Below the pieces are notes generated by a model. That model searched no databases. It saw only the letters and a program-made list of their open reading frames with translations, and was not told where the DNA came from. A program made the translations under genes and the position numbers. A stretch of DNA of 64,000 nucleotides from an uncultured Bacteroidales bacterium (lineage in GTDB: Bacteria; Bacteroidota; Bacteroidia; Bacteroidales; CAYRRV01), in contig CAYRRV010000004.1 in NCBI GenBank assembly GCA_964426725.1, forward strand, positions 81,391-145,390. The letters are read 5' to 3'. Positions 46,582-55,162 of this stretch are shown one piece after another. Each line of letters opens with the position of its first letter. Positions within the stretch are counted from its first letter, which is position 1.

Positions 46582-46800
46582 GATTTAGAACTTTAAGCGT
46601 GATGGTTAAAAAAATATCCGGAATATTGTCACAACAAATATATTGAGAATATTCTCAATATGAAACATACATGTTTACAAAACACAAACACATTTATAAT
46701 AAAATCATTAACATGGATGTTCCATCATACCTTTGAAAATTAATTTTATTATGATGAAAGTCTACATTAAAAAATATCCGTGAATGGATTCCCGGGGATT

Positions 46801-49194
46801 TTATTTTAAAAAGTTACCCAGCCTCAGTCCACAATAAACAGACCTGGGAGTTATTGGACCATAAATGTAGGCAGGGTCTCTATTGATCCCGGAATCAAAA
46901 TCGGACTGGTAAGCATCGAACATGTTCTTAATACCTCCAAATAGCTGGAGGGTAGAATTATTCACTTTCACGTTGTAACTTAATTTAAGCCCCATGTCAA
47001 AAAAATCGCTTGTTTCCCGAAGTGGATCCCCTGGTTTGGGCTCCGGGCCAAAATATGGAACCAGCATTGATCCGGTGTATGTCGCTGTAGATGATAAGCA
47101 GAAATTCGTTGCAAAATCCCAGTCAATAGCAAAAAATCCATAATTATCAGGTGTCCGGGTAAATTCCCGATTCCTGTATTGCTGTGGAACATCGTACCGG
47201 CTGGTCTGAAAAGTAAACCCTGAAGTAAATGAAAGTGCAGTCATGGGTTTAAGTTTCAACTCGATGTTCAATCCTTTTACCACGGCGCCCTCATCGGCAT
47301 TTTCACGTGTATAGTACACGATCCCGTTTTCATCAGGGGTACCAATGATATTCACGAATGGATCCAATAACCGGGTATAAAACCCTTCTATCAATAGGCC
47401 GGTATTTACATAACCAATTAACCCGTTAAAGTCAATAGAAGTCATTAAACTGTGACTGAACTCCTGTTTAAGATCGGGATGATTCACGTTTATAACCTGT
47501 CTCGACCCTGAGGTTTCGATATGCAGATCTTCATCGAAAATTTGTGGTGCCCTGTACCCTTGAGAATAACTAACCCTGGCTTTTAAGTTATTAAATATTT
47601 CATGCATCAGGCTAACGCGCGGGGTAAATACTTTTCTGGACCGGGGATCTGCCCCCTCCTTCGCGTGATCATTAACCTCATATTTTTCAAACCTGCCTCC
47701 GAGAGCGATTTTAGTTTTCTTCAAGCTGATCTCGTATTGAGCGAAAGCACCGAGAGTCCTCAAGGATTGATTAGCCACAAGCGTGTTTCCAACATGGGGT
47801 ACCTGCTGAATTGAATCACCCTCGATTGTTGCATTATCATAATCAGGGTAACCTAGTTTCTCGTCCCTCAGGAAATCGCCCGTGTTTTCAATCCCCGCGA
47901 CAAAAGAAACATGATCAAGCACGGCTTTGTATTGCAGCCCGATATTGTAAATTTTATTACCCGAGAAGCCATAATCTTTTAATGACTGGTTGGCTCCATA
48001 GTAGGAGTCCCGTTTCAACAACTGGCCGGAAGCATAAACCGATAACAAGTCATAATTCCTGAAATATTGTTCATATGTAAGGGCACCGGCTTTCATGTCA
48101 TGTTTAACTGCCTCGGCAATATTCCTTTCATGCAAGGGCAGGTATTGATTATTACCACCCTCTCGTTCTTCGCGGATATTAAAAAAATCAACAGACAACT
48201 TGTTGCGATGCCCTAACTGCTGGAACAGGCGCGTGCCGAAGGTAAGGTTATTCATCAGGGAGATTTCGGAATATCCATCATCATTGGCATCAAAGGGTTT
48301 CCGGTCCCTGGTAAATCCATACAAGGAAATCCCGTTTTTATGATCATCAGATACAATAGAAGTATTAAAACTAGCGGATATATCAGGTACCGGGCTTGAT
48401 ACGCTTTCCATTCCAACGCCATTCAGCGTATAATTAGACCCTACTTCCCAGGTATTTTTATCCGGCTCTTTTAAGATGATATTAATAGTTCCGGCGATAG
48501 CGTTATTACCATAAAGCGCGGAACCTCCTCCTCTAACCACTTCAACTTTTTCAACCATGTTAGAAGGTATCAACTCGAGACCATAAACCCTGGCCAAACC
48601 ACTGAAAACCGGCCGGCTATTGATCAATACCTGCGTGTAAGGCCCTTCCATCCCATTCATTCTTACCTGGGTGAATCCACAATTCTGGCAATTGTTCTCG
48701 AGTCGAAGACCTGGTGAGAAATTAAGACTTTCGCCAATTGAAACAGCATGTGATGAGTTAAATAATTTAGGAGACAGGGTATTAACAATTACAGGAGCCT
48801 CGGTACGTTTTAACTGACCACGATCGGCTGATACCACAATCTCCTCGAGGTTCAGGATGTCTTGCTCAAGTTCGAATTTCACCTCATTTGTCTGACCGGC
48901 TTTTGCAAAAGTTGTTACTTGTTTCGGTTTGTAGCCCAATGACTGGGCAATAATTATTAAATTTTTCTCAGGCAAATTGATGAGTTGGTAATGCCCGGTT
49001 TCATCAGTGGTAGTGCCAATAGTTGTTCCCTTAACAGTTATTGTCGCGAAAGGAATATGTTCCCCCTCATTATTAACCACATGACCAACTATATTGGCAT
49101 CATTTCCGGAACTTTTTTGCGAGTAGACTAACTGGCTGCACGTCAGTATTATATAAATAAATAAATTTTGCAAGTACTTCATTTTCACTTTCAT
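46801..49194 (-). CDS. TonB-dependent receptor with an N-terminal CarboxypepD_reg domain
   Basis: Signal peptide, then GHVVNNEGEHIPFATITVKGTTIGTTTDETGHY (CarboxypepD_reg). Plug motifs (LSPKLF..., VEVVRGGGSALYGNNAIAGTINI). The C-terminal beta-barrel does not end in the usual terminal F (ends ...RLGNFLK). Confidence 0.9.
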   Translation of the reverse strand: MKVKMKYLQNLFIYIILTCSQLVYSQKSSGNDANIVGHVVNNEGEHIPFATITVKGTTIGTTTDETGHYQLINLPEKNLIIIAQSLGYKPKQVTTFAKAGQTNEVKFELEQDILNLEEIVVSADRGQLKRTEAPVIVNTLSPKLFNSSHAVSIGESLNFSPGLRLENNCQNCGFTQVRMNGMEGPYTQVLINSRPVFSGLARVYGLELIPSNMVEKVEVVRGGGSALYGNNAIAGTINIILKEPDKNTWEVGSNYTLNGVGMESVSSPVPDISASFNTSIVSDDHKNGISLYGFTRDRKPFDANDDGYSEISLMNNLTFGTRLFQQLGHRNKLSVDFFNIREEREGGNNQYLPLHERNIAEAVKHDMKAGALTYEQYFRNYDLLSVYASGQLLKRDSYYGANQSLKDYGFSGNKIYNIGLQYKAVLDHVSFVAGIENTGDFLRDEKLGYPDYDNATIEGDSIQQVPHVGNTLVANQSLRTLGAFAQYEISLKKTKIALGGRFEKYEVNDHAKEGADPRSRKVFTPRVSLMHEIFNNLKARVSYSQGYRAPQIFDEDLHIETSGSRQVINVNHPDLKQEFSHSLMTSIDFNGLIGYVNTGLLIEGFYTRLLDPFVNIIGTPDENGIVYYTRENADEGAVVKGLNIELKLKPMTALSFTSGFTFQTSRYDVPQQYRNREFTRTPDNYGFFAIDWDFATNFCLSSTATYTGSMLVPYFGPEPKPGDPLRETSDFFDMGLKLSYNVKVNNSTLQLFGGIKNMFDAYQSDFDSGINRDPAYIYGPITPRSVYCGLRLGNFLK

Positions 49195-49296
49195 TAGTTG
49201 CTAGCCTTCACCCATGTGAAAGCCTGGGAATACTGTAAATTTTTAACAAATACCATGGGTATTCAGAAAGAAATACAAAAATTGTCAGTATAAATA

Positions 49297-49671
49297 TTAC
49301 CTGACAAATGAAGTGAAAAACGGTGGGGCCCTGTCTTGACGCGCAAACTCGCGTGGACTGATATAAATATTAACAACTGAAAATGCCCTGGTTATAGAAC
49401 CTTTAACCTCAAGAAAATTAATACTTAAAAATACCAAAGGAAAAAAATAATCCAGGGTGCTGATAAACAATAGCTCTAACTGACTATGATGATGGTTCTT
49501 GTATGGCTCCGAATCATCTGACTTATTAAAAGGGTGTGAATGGGTAATAATTGAACCATCGGCTAACTTGTGTACATGAACAAACAGTACCTCGTTGGTA
49601 ATTAACATACCGGCCAGCAGCATGAATACCACTGCAAAGCCCTTTATTGTAATTCTATTCACACCAAACAT
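49297..49671 (-). CDS. Small membrane protein with a His-rich loop, upstream of the TonB-dependent receptor
   Basis: N-terminal TM followed by HVHKLADGSIITHSHPFNKSDDSEPYKNHHHSQ. No family recognised. Confidence 0.4.
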   Translation of the reverse strand: MFGVNRITIKGFAVVFMLLAGMLITNEVLFVHVHKLADGSIITHSHPFNKSDDSEPYKNHHHSQLELLFISTLDYFFPLVFLSINFLEVKGSITRAFSVVNIYISPREFARQDRAPPFFTSFVR

Positions 49672-49712
49672 CGCCGCGAAGTTACAATATTATTTTCATT
49701 ATATTAAAACTT

Positions 49713-50654
49713 TTACATGCTGACAATGATTTTACCCCCCGCGTGGCCTTTCTCACTATAACGGTGCGCTTCGGCAATTTCATTGATCCTGAACACCTTA
49801 TCTACACGTGGTATGATATTCCCATTCTCCACATGTTTATTAACCCATTTGAGATCTCTATAATTCGATTTCATGAGAAAAGTTTTCACTTTTTTTCCTT
49901 CAGTAAAAAGAGATAAAAATTTATGCAGAAGTATTTTAGGCCTTGGCAACAAGGTGATATAGATGCCATTTTTATCGAGCAAATGCTTAACAGTCAAAAA
50001 GCTTTCTTTACCAACTGCATCAAAAATGCACTGGTACCTGCAAACTGACTTTCTGAAATCTTCTTTGGTGTAATCAATAAAGAAATCGGGTTGTAGTTTC
50101 TTAATATAATCTTCATGCCGGTAACTTGCAACGGCTGTAATATTTGCTCCAAATATCTTTGCACATTGAAGAGCAAAATGACCCACCCCGCCGGATGCAC
50201 CGATAATTAAAACCCGATCCTCTTTTTTTAAACCTGCTTTATCCCTCAATCCTTGCAAAGCTGTAAGACAGGCCAGGGGTATCGCCGCGGCTTCTTCGAA
50301 ATTAAGTTCTTTAGGCATCATTGCCAGGGTATATTCTGAAGTGACGGCCAGTTCAGCGTATGCCCCGCCATATTTTTTATCAGATCTCCCGTAAACCCTG
50401 TCGCCAGGCTTGAATCGGGTAATATTCTTGCCGGTTTTTTTCACGATACCGGCCAAATCATAACCCAAAACTATAGGAAAAGGAGCACCCAGTATAAGCC
50501 GGTGATGCCCTTTCCTTGATTTCCAGTCGACCGGATTAACAGATGAAGCTTTCACCTCAACTAACACCTCATTTGACGCCGGGACAGGCTCGGGTAATTC
50601 CTCTATCTTAAAAACATCCGGGGAACCAAAATTATTTATAATAGCTGCTTTCAA
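49713..50654 (-). CDS. NAD(P)H-dependent quinone oxidoreductase / zinc-type alcohol dehydrogenase-like (MDR superfamily)
   Basis: EVLVEVKASSVNPVDWK, PFPIVLGYDLAGIV and IIGASGGVGHFALQ (nucleotide-binding GxxGxxG). Confidence 0.9.
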   Translation of the reverse strand: MKAAIINNFGSPDVFKIEELPEPVPASNEVLVEVKASSVNPVDWKSRKGHHRLILGAPFPIVLGYDLAGIVKKTGKNITRFKPGDRVYGRSDKKYGGAYAELAVTSEYTLAMMPKELNFEEAAAIPLACLTALQGLRDKAGLKKEDRVLIIGASGGVGHFALQCAKIFGANITAVASYRHEDYIKKLQPDFFIDYTKEDFRKSVCRYQCIFDAVGKESFLTVKHLLDKNGIYITLLPRPKILLHKFLSLFTEGKKVKTFLMKSNYRDLKWVNKHVENGNIIPRVDKVFRINEIAEAHRYSEKGHAGGKIIVSM

Positions 50655-50675
50655 AAATATTTTATTAAGATAACG

Positions 50676-50703
50676 AAAAAAAAATCCGGGATTTACCCGG
50701 ATT
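50676..50703 (-). terminator. Rho-independent terminator downstream of the second DUF1987 gene
   Basis: AATCCGGG attta CCCGGATT (50683-50703). On the minus strand the stem is followed by a T-run of about 7-9 (plus-strand A-run 50676-50684, which overlaps the first stem positions). Confidence 0.75.
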
Positions 50704-50728
50704 CAGAAATACATATTAAACAAAAAAA

Positions 50729-51103
50729 TCAAAATTCTGTTTCCGCGCACTCTATAAACTCAAATTCAGCATTGAGCAGACTGGCATAATGTTCCCCGGT
50801 TTCCTTGCTGTCGTAATCTCCTTCCTCGTAATGCCACTTAACAACTACTTTTTTCACACTCTGGTTTACAGCAAAAGTCTTGATTAGATCATATATTTTT
50901 TTTGACGATGCCGTGTTAAAATATTCCATTTTGAACTGTATAATAATAGTATCCGTGTTCACATCATTAGCCCACTGGAATAACGGTTCATAAAAAACAT
51001 TCGGATCTTCCGGGAGAGAACGCCCTGCCATCATAATCTCCCCATTGGGATTAAAGTCGATTTGAGGCGTATCAACTGTTCCTTCTAAAATAATTCTGTC
51101 CAT
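50729..51103 (-). CDS. DUF1987 / SiaC-family protein (second copy in the window)
   Basis: MDRIILEGTVDTPQIDFNPNGEIMMAGRSLPEDPNVFYEPLFQW...MEYFNTASSKKIYDLI is a very typical DUF1987 sequence. The ATG at 51103 is preferred. Confidence 0.8.
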   Translation of the reverse strand: MDRIILEGTVDTPQIDFNPNGEIMMAGRSLPEDPNVFYEPLFQWANDVNTDTIIIQFKMEYFNTASSKKIYDLIKTFAVNQSVKKVVVKWHYEEGDYDSKETGEHYASLLNAEFEFIECAETEF

Positions 51104-51286
51104 TTTAATAACATTTGATTCGAGCATTACACAAAGTAAATAAAAAAAAAGGTAGAACAAGATATATTCCTTGTCATTTTTACTAACGATTTGATAAGTT
51201 AACAGAAAAACAGGATAAAAGTTTTATTTAATATCATCACCACGTGTAAAAGTTAGATAAGGGCATGATTATTAATTTTTTACAGT

Positions 51287-52696
51287 TCAATCCGCGCTCA
51301 TTCTCACTATTTTCGGGTAAAAGATGGCAATAATATTAACCAATTCTTCCTGTAATGCCATTACTTTCTCAATGTTTTTATAAGCAAATGGAGATTCATC
51401 AATATCTCCTCCAATTAATTCAATTCCCGCTTTTTTTAAAAAATGATCAAGATCTTTTTTCGAGAATCTTTTTTTGGCTTCATTGCGGCTCATCAACCGG
51501 CCGGCGCCATGAGAGGCCGAGTTAATGGATTCCATGTTCCCCTTTCCTGATACTACAAAGCCCGGCGTGGCCATTGACCCGGGAATTATCCCTGTAGTAT
51601 GAAGGCTTGCAGGCGTGGCTCCCTTGCGATGAACAATAGCCTCTTTCCCGTTATCCAGTTTTTCTTTCCAGGCGAAATTATGATGGTTTTCAATTACAAC
51701 GATGGGTTGTTCACCGAGAACTTTGGATATTTTCTGATGGATAATATAATGATTAGCCGATGCATAATCACCCGCGAGATTCATGGCTTTCCAGTATTCC
51801 TGTCCCTCGTTTGTGTCAAGATAAAACCAGGCAAGGTTTTTTGCCCCACTTGGAAGTTTACAGGACTGTTTCGCCAACCTGGTATAATATGAAGCGATCC
51901 CGGCGCCAAAATTTCTTGACCCGGAATGTGATAAAAGGGCTAAAAAGGGGCCCTTCCCAGGAAAAAGTGGGTGTTTATCATCCAATATCTCAAGAATGCC
52001 GAATTCGACAAAATGGTTACCACTTCCTGAACTTCCAAGCTGACTGTATGCCTTGTCTTTTAAAGATCTCAGTATTTTGATCTCTTTGAATTCCTGCCTT
52101 TCCATAACCTCGTGATCATTTCTAACCCTCATGTCCTTTTTGCCAAAATGAGTATTATTAAGAAGTATTGACTTTAGCCAATCCAGTTTATGGTTTAGTA
52201 TTTCAGTACCCAGGCTAAATACCGAAAGACACATCCTGCAACCGATATCCATTCCAACCCCGTATGGAATTACCGCGTTATCGACGGCCAACACCCCACC
52301 AATTGGTAACCCGTAACCCTGATGTGCATCAGGCATGAGTGCTCCCTGCAGCGCTATGGGTAACTGCATGGCCATATCCATCTGAATTCTCGAACCTTCA
52401 TCTATATAATCATCACCAAAAATCCTGTAATTTTTACGTTTTACCAATTCTATCTTTTCTGATAGTACCCCCGGCTTATTTTTAGATTCAACAAGTTCTC
52501 CGGCAATTTCCGACCAAACAGTATCTTCCCGGAAATCATCAGGGGACGATATCAATCTATCAAGTATTTCCAGTACTCCGGTTTTATTTAATTGTCCCCT
52601 GAACTGCTTATGAGCTGTTTTCATCACGACCGGGATAATATCTGCCGGGTAGCCTAAACGACGAAGATCCTTGTTCCGGATATTGAGTTTTTTCAT
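51287..52696 (-). CDS. rtcB: RNA-splicing ligase RtcB (3'-phosphate/5'-hydroxyl RNA ligase)
   Basis: MPDAHQGYGLPIGGV, GVDIGC-like GMDIGCRM, GSGNHFVEF, SHSGSRNFG, NHHNFA, HRKGAT, GIIPGSMATPGFVV and HGAGR. Confidence 0.95.
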   Translation of the reverse strand: MKKLNIRNKDLRRLGYPADIIPVVMKTAHKQFRGQLNKTGVLEILDRLISSPDDFREDTVWSEIAGELVESKNKPGVLSEKIELVKRKNYRIFGDDYIDEGSRIQMDMAMQLPIALQGALMPDAHQGYGLPIGGVLAVDNAVIPYGVGMDIGCRMCLSVFSLGTEILNHKLDWLKSILLNNTHFGKKDMRVRNDHEVMERQEFKEIKILRSLKDKAYSQLGSSGSGNHFVEFGILEILDDKHPLFPGKGPFLALLSHSGSRNFGAGIASYYTRLAKQSCKLPSGAKNLAWFYLDTNEGQEYWKAMNLAGDYASANHYIIHQKISKVLGEQPIVVIENHHNFAWKEKLDNGKEAIVHRKGATPASLHTTGIIPGSMATPGFVVSGKGNMESINSASHGAGRLMSRNEAKKRFSKKDLDHFLKKAGIELIGGDIDESPFAYKNIEKVMALQEELVNIIAIFYPKIVRMSAD

Positions 52697-52830
52697 TATT
52701 AGCCTGTTTTATTCAATTACAAATTCTTAATTATTGGTCACGATAAAACTTGTCACTCATACAAAACATTCAAATTTAATACTTTATTGCTGTCAAAAAA
52801 TTTAATTTAACCGGGTTTCGCGTCACAGAT

Positions 52831-52990
52831 GATAGAGCGATAGGGTAATGAAGCGATGAGGCGATGAAGCGTGATTGAGTAATTGTGTGATTGCGTAATT
52901 GAGTAATTGAGTTTGAATATAGAAACGCAATAACGTCCATACGTCCACACGCAAATACGTACACACGCAAACACGTCCACACGCAATAAC
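52831..52990. repeat. Octamer-phased array B: forward arm (11 units), a 6-nt spacer, then an inverted arm (8 units)
   Basis: Forward arm: GATAGAGC GATAGGGT AATGAAGC GATGAGGC GATGAAGC GTGATTGA GTAATTGT GTGATTGC GTAATTGA GTAATTGA GTTTGAAT. Spacer ATAGAA. Inverted arm: ACGCAATA ACGTCCAT ACGTCCAC ACGCAAAT ACGTACAC ACGCAAAC ACGTCCAC ACGCAATA AC, which is the reverse-complement orientation of the same unit family. Confidence 0.85.
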
Positions 52991-53003
52991 GGTGAAATAT
53001 CAA

Positions 53004-53222
53004 TTAAAATAAAGTGGGATGATTGTCGAACAAGGTGGGATGATCCTCTTCGAATGTTTTTAGAACGTGGGTGATGATAGCTTCCCTCATGAATTTTGAT
53101 CGATTTTTAACCTTGTACTTTTTGCAATACTGCTCAATGGCAGAAACTTCTTTATTGTTAAAAAGTACACTTTTCCGATTGATTCGTTTTAGATCATGGT
53201 TTTTCAGGTTTCTCTTTCTCAC
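53004..53222 (-). CDS. Small ribbon-helix-helix-like protein (72 aa) with a tandem C-terminal HPTLF motif
   Basis: RKSVLFNNKEVSAIEQYCKKYKVKNRSKFMREAIITHV has the strand-helix-helix pattern of CopG/Arc/MetJ proteins. The C-terminus is EDHPTLFDNHPTLF*. Confidence 0.45.
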   Translation of the reverse strand: MRKRNLKNHDLKRINRKSVLFNNKEVSAIEQYCKKYKVKNRSKFMREAIITHVLKTFEEDHPTLFDNHPTLF

Positions 53223-53488
53223 CTTATCAAAGTTTAATAACTACAACATTGATTCTGCTGTAAAAATGGGAAAAAACATTTATCTCTGTTAATGTGAAGC
53301 CATTATGTTTTTAACATACCAACAGGATCCCATCAACTTTCAAATAAATAAATTACCCATTTTAAGTTACATACATGAGTTTCCTAACCTGTTTATAACT
53401 TTTTATTGAAGGATTACTTAAATGTCTGTTTCCGGTAAAATGTTTAAAACTAACATTCAGGGGTCATAGCTTACCATCTTAAAATTTC

Positions 53489-53496
53489 TAATTTTG
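53489..53496 (+). promoter_or_regulatory. Bacteroidota -7 promoter element (TAnnTTTG) upstream of kdtA
   Basis: TAATTTTG lies 31 nt upstream of the ATG at 53527. Confidence 0.45.
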
Positions 53497-53526
53497 TGAC
53501 ACGTTTGTTTAATTTAGTTGAACTGA

Positions 53527-54774
53527 ATGAAGTTTTTATATAACACTGGAATTTATTTATATGTAACAGCTATTCGCCTGGCTTCATTATATAATAAAAA
53601 GGCAAAGATTTGGATTGATGGACGAAGAAGACTTTTAAAAGAGATAAGTCAAACAATACCGGAATTTACAAAAATTATCTGGGTTCATTGTTCTTCCCTT
53701 GGAGAATTCGAACAAGGACGCCCGGTGATAGAAAGATTAAAAAGCCGGTGCCCGGACTATAAAATCCTGCTGACATTTTTTTCACCCAGTGGTTACGAGA
53801 TTAGAAAACATTACCCGGGAGCCGATTATGTATTCTACCTGCCTGCTGATACACCAGGCAATGCAAGAAAATTTATAGACCATACCCGGCCTGCCATGGC
53901 ACTTTTCATTAAATACGAGTACTGGTATAATTATTTAAATGTATTACAAGAAAAGAAAATTCCGGTTTTTCTTTTTTCAGCTATATTCAGGCCCGGTCAG
54001 ATATTCTTCAGATGGTATGGCAAATGGTGGAAAAAAATATTATTCATGTTTGATCATATCTTCGTGCAAAATGAATCTTCCGGGCATTTGCTGAAAAAAT
54101 CAGGAATCACTAGTGTAACCGTTTCAGGAGACACGAGATTTGACCGGGTTCATCAAATCGCGTCTAACGTGAAACCCATTGCCATTGCCCGGGATTTCCT
54201 GAATAATGCATTTACAGTAATTGCCGGAAGCACGTGGCCAGTTGATGAAGCGCTACTGGTAGAATTTATCAATAATAACCAGGAAAATATAAAATGGATT
54301 ATCGCCCCGCATGAAATAAAATCAGATCAGTTAATGAAACTGCAATCTTCCATCGCGAAACCTGCTGTTTTTTACTCTCAAGTTACACGGGAAAAACTTC
54401 CTGCATCTGATTATAATGTGCTTATTATTGACAATATAGGAATGTTATCCTCGTTATACACTTACGGTCAGGTAGCTTATATTGGCGGTGGGTTTGGCAA
54501 AGGGATTCATAATATTCTTGAAGCAGCTACTTTTGGATTGCCTGTTGTTTTTGGTCCGAATTTCCGGAAATTTAACGAGGCAGTTGAACTGGTCAAGCGC
54601 GGGTCTGCTTTTGTTATAAACGATGCAAAACAATTGGAAAAGACTATATATCTGTTACATAACAATAACGAGTTCAGAAAAAGTATATCCGCGACAACAA
54701 GAAAATACGTGCTTGAGCGCACTGGTGCAACCAGGATAATTGTTGATAAAGTGCTGAATTACATTAGACTGTAG
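53527..54774 (+). CDS. waaA: 3-deoxy-D-manno-octulosonic acid (Kdo) transferase
   Basis: IWVHCSSLGEFEQGRPVIERLK (the HxxSxGE motif of KdtA/WaaA) and C-terminal GGSF-like GGGFGKGIHNILEAATFGLPVVFGPN. Confidence 0.9.
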   Translation: MKFLYNTGIYLYVTAIRLASLYNKKAKIWIDGRRRLLKEISQTIPEFTKIIWVHCSSLGEFEQGRPVIERLKSRCPDYKILLTFFSPSGYEIRKHYPGADYVFYLPADTPGNARKFIDHTRPAMALFIKYEYWYNYLNVLQEKKIPVFLFSAIFRPGQIFFRWYGKWWKKILFMFDHIFVQNESSGHLLKKSGITSVTVSGDTRFDRVHQIASNVKPIAIARDFLNNAFTVIAGSTWPVDEALLVEFINNNQENIKWIIAPHEIKSDQLMKLQSSIAKPAVFYSQVTREKLPASDYNVLIIDNIGMLSSLYTYGQVAYIGGGFGKGIHNILEAATFGLPVVFGPNFRKFNEAVELVKRGSAFVINDAKQLEKTIYLLHNNNEFRKSISATTRKYVLERTGATRIIVDKVLNYIRL

Positions 54775-54984
54775 TTAATGATGGGCTTAATAATATAGTT
54801 GTTTTTTTTTATTCCCGGAAGACCTTAGCCAAATATTTTTTTTAACCATGTTGGCACCAAATCTGTTAATAAAGTTACCCGGCAGTAATTTCATGAATAA
54901 TATGTATATCTGATTGATTTGTGGATGTTTGAAAACAATCTATAAATCCATGGCACGGGGCACAAATTTTGATGTGTTAATAAA

Positions 54985-55007
54985 AAACGATTGTTTATCA
55001 ATCGTTT
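54985..55007. promoter_or_regulatory. Perfect 9-bp inverted repeat in the nrdJ upstream region (possible operator or weak terminator)
   Basis: AAACGATTG tttat CAATCGTTT. It lies 211 nt after the kdtA stop and 156 nt before the nrdJ ATG. Confidence 0.3.
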
Positions 55008-55162
55008 AATTGGTCAAGTTGAAAACTATTTTTAAATGTTAATAATTACAAAGAGGATCTTTTTGCATGAGGCACATCCAATTTATAACTTGCAATTCTA
55101 ACTTCACCTCAAGGAGGGAACATGTAAAAAGCATAATATTAATGAATTAAAACCCCTGGACT

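Noticed and set aside
52776-53003. 75-aa minus-strand track ORF (…NSITQLRNHTITQSRFIASSLHYPIALS…)
   Set aside because: It lies entirely within octamer array B and its flanks. It gives a low-complexity 8-aa-periodic peptide, as expected from translating octamer repeats.
54961-54976. NrdR-box-like sequence CACAAATTTTGATGTG upstream of nrdJ
   Set aside because: Only the outer CACA/TGTG are palindromic. The centre does not fit the NrdR consensus, and no second box occurs at the usual spacing of about 31-32 bp.
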